Below are positions 28,237 to 30,099 of a DNA stretch of 30,099 bases, in pieces; the stretch's first letter is position 1, and every line of letters begins with the position of its first letter. The stretch lies in contig CAVYBU010000029.1 of the NCBI GenBank assembly GCA_963766735.1, positions 1 to 30,099 on the forward strand, written 5' to 3'. The stretch comes from an uncultured Chloroflexia bacterium. GTDB taxonomy: Bacteria; Chloroflexota; Limnocylindria; Limnocylindrales; CSP1-4. Both the position numbers and the translations under genes were made by a program. The notes below the pieces were generated by a model. It was not told where the DNA came from. It did not search any database and saw only the letters and a list, made by a program, of their open reading frames with translations.

Positions 28237-29784
28237 TCAGGAAAGCGCCAGGACGGCGTCAATGTCGATCCTCCCATCGCCGACGGCGCGGACCTCGATG
28301 GCGTGTGACACGCCGGGGCCGCGGGCAAGTCCCCCGACGTACAGGACCCGGCGGTGGACCGTCGCGCTCGCCCTCTCGCTGACGGTGGCGACCTTCGCGC
28401 CGTCCACCCAGACCTCGAAGCTGCCGCGGTTGGCCGAACGGGGGCCGACGATCGCGAACTGGCGGACGTCGGTCAGGGTGACGCTGGCGGAGGCACCGGC
28501 GGCGCCCGCGGAGCGCTGCCCGCCGCCGGAGGCGTTGCCGGTGGCATGCGTCGTCCAGGCCCCAGCAAAGGTGAGGGCCGGATCGGTCTCCTGGTAGCGG
28601 GTGACCCGCGCCGTCGACGAATAGCGCCAGGACCCGGTCCGGCCGGCGGTGTCCGTGGTCCGGGCGCGCCAGCGGAACGTGGGGCCGACGGGGAGGTCGC
28701 GGCGGATCGACCGGGCGGTGGAACGAGAGATGACGGTCATCGGGTAGGTGGCGCCGGCGTTGCCGCTCGCCTGCACGATGTAGGAGCGAACCCCGGACCC
28801 ACGGCGGGTCACGCCACACCAGGAGAGCCTGGCCGGGACCGTGACGTCGATGGTGCTGTCCGCGATGAAGCCCACCGTCGGCCGGTCGGTGATCGGGCTG
28901 CTCGAGAGGCCATCCTGGCCGGGGCGGGCGATTGTGATGGACACGGTGGCGGTGTCGGTCCGGCCCTCGCCGTCGCGGACGGTGTAGGTGAACGAATCGT
29001 CGCCCGTGGCGCAGGCCCTGGCGTTGTAGCGGACGCCGGCACCGTCGGCAGCGATGGAGACCGACACCTTCGTTCCCTGCGTCAGGGCGGTGACCGCAAG
29101 GGTGGGCGCCGGCTCCGGGGTGACCGGGCCGGAGGCCGGAGCGGAGACATCGTTGTCCAGGACCGCCAGCGTCCCGGCGCCGGTGGCATCCACCGTGAAT
29201 GCGTCTGCTCGAGCATCCGGTGCGTCGTTGGCCACGGCGACGGCCGGGGTCTGGCCCGGCGTCGACGGGAGGGTGGGCGCCGGCGACGCGATCAACGGGT
29301 CCATGGAGTCACCAGAGGGCCCCGGCGTGGGTGCGTGCGACGGTGGGGGGCTCGGGGTGAGCGCCACCGCGACGGGCGTTGGCGGGACCGGGGCGGAGGG
29401 GACCGGCCGCGATGTGGTGCCGGACCCGAACGCGCTGACGGCCAGGAGGACCAGGCTGGTGACGAGGAGCACGCCGGCAGCGTCGCGCCAGAGGCGGCGG
29501 CGCGTCGACACATCGAGCGGCGGTTCGACTGCCGGATCATCGGCCCCGGCGACCGCGGCATCCTCGGCCTGGTTGTCGGCCGGCGCGGCGAGACCCGTGG
29601 GGAGATCGCCGCCGACACCGATGCGCGAGAGGATCTCCTCCTGGGTCAGGTCCGGGCCCATCGTTGCGGCGACGACGTGCGCGGCCCTGACCGCAGCGCG
29701 GCGGCGTCGGACCAGGAAGGCGATGATCACCCCCGCCACGACGAGGGATATCGCGATCAGCAGGAAGGACAGGAGCGGCGGCAT
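28237..29784 (-). CDS. Membrane-anchored surface protein with Pro-rich linker and Ig-like/beta-sandwich domains
   Basis: Two TM segments, PST-rich linker, NDAPDARAD...VLDND...DSFTYTVRDG..TDTATVSITI (Big_9/cadherin-like), then FN3-like and GP..GSFEVWVDG...IDIDA domains. Confidence 0.72.
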   Translation of the reverse strand: MPPLLSFLLIAISLVVAGVIIAFLVRRRRAAVRAAHVVAATMGPDLTQEEILSRIGVGGDLPTGLAAPADNQAEDAAVAGADDPAVEPPLDVSTRRRLWRDAAGVLLVTSLVLLAVSAFGSGTTSRPVPSAPVPPTPVAVALTPSPPPSHAPTPGPSGDSMDPLIASPAPTLPSTPGQTPAVAVANDAPDARADAFTVDATGAGTLAVLDNDVSAPASGPVTPEPAPTLAVTALTQGTKVSVSIAADGAGVRYNARACATGDDSFTYTVRDGEGRTDTATVSITIARPGQDGLSSSPITDRPTVGFIADSTIDVTVPARLSWCGVTRRGSGVRSYIVQASGNAGATYPMTVISRSTARSIRRDLPVGPTFRWRARTTDTAGRTGSWRYSSTARVTRYQETDPALTFAGAWTTHATGNASGGGQRSAGAAGASASVTLTDVRQFAIVGPRSANRGSFEVWVDGAKVATVSERASATVHRRVLYVGGLARGPGVSHAIEVRAVGDGRIDIDAVLALS

Positions 29785-29869
29785 CGGCCCTCGGCATGCC
29801 GGTACCTCCGGGGTGCCGGTCGCTCGATGCTAGCACCGCGCGAAGCTGCTCCGCCCTCGGCCTGATGCC

Positions 29870-30097
29870 CTATTCCGCGGTCTCAGGCTCCTCGTACGTC
29901 TCCGCCTCGAGGGCGTTGGCCGTCTCGCCACGCGTCAACAGGAACAGCCCGAGGCCGAACGCGACGGCCAGGCCAAGGAACGCGTAGAGCTGCCCGGTGC
30001 CCGAGAGCACGAACGTGAGCACGGCAAGCAGGATGCAGATCGCGTAGATCACCAGGACCGTCTGGCTCTGGGAGAGACCCAGGTCCAGCAGGCGGTG
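29870..30097 (-). CDS. 3' end of MraY/WecA/TagO family undecaprenyl-phosphate GlcNAc-1-phosphate transferase (truncated)
   Basis: Frame reads HRLLDLGLSQSQTVLVIYAIC..., the HHRLL.LG.S motif of glycosyltransferase family 4, followed by two TM helices. Confidence 0.78.
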   Translation of the reverse strand, partial: HRLLDLGLSQSQTVLVIYAICILLAVLTFVLSGTGQLYAFLGLAVAFGLGLFLLTRGETANALEAETYEEPETAE

Positions 30098-30099
30098 AT

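Overview
High-GC bacterial chromosomal window; gene content and order suggest a monoderm Terrabacteria lineage, plausibly Chloroflexota (inference only). The + strand (1-15390) carries a cytoplasmic DegS/DegU-like two-component pair, a second DegS-like protein with an intact phospho-His but a degenerate ATP-binding domain, four small Flp-type pilin genes (two absent from the ORF track), a secretin-less Tad pilus operon (cpaB, cpaE/tadZ, cpaF/tadA, tadB, tadC), a DUF192-like gene, comF, hpf, endonuclease IV and a GT-C membrane glycosyltransferase. The - strand (30099-15501) carries the 3' end of a WecA/TagO-like transferase, a membrane-anchored Ig-like surface protein, a complete H+-type F1Fo ATP synthase operon, murA (Asp-type), an orphan mreB/mbl, a PHP hydrolase, a UPF0104 flippase-like protein and an XRE regulator. 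Most interesting: (1) a candidate kinase / pseudokinase / response-regulator phosphorelay coupled to a multi-pilin Tad-ComF locus whose promoters share a motif; (2) two copies of a REPIN/MITE-like element with identical asymmetric palindromic arms, one splitting atpD from atpC; (3) a DUF192 gene whose conserved N-terminus has no in-frame start behind a G-run tract. No rRNA, tRNA, CRISPR array or transposase was seen.
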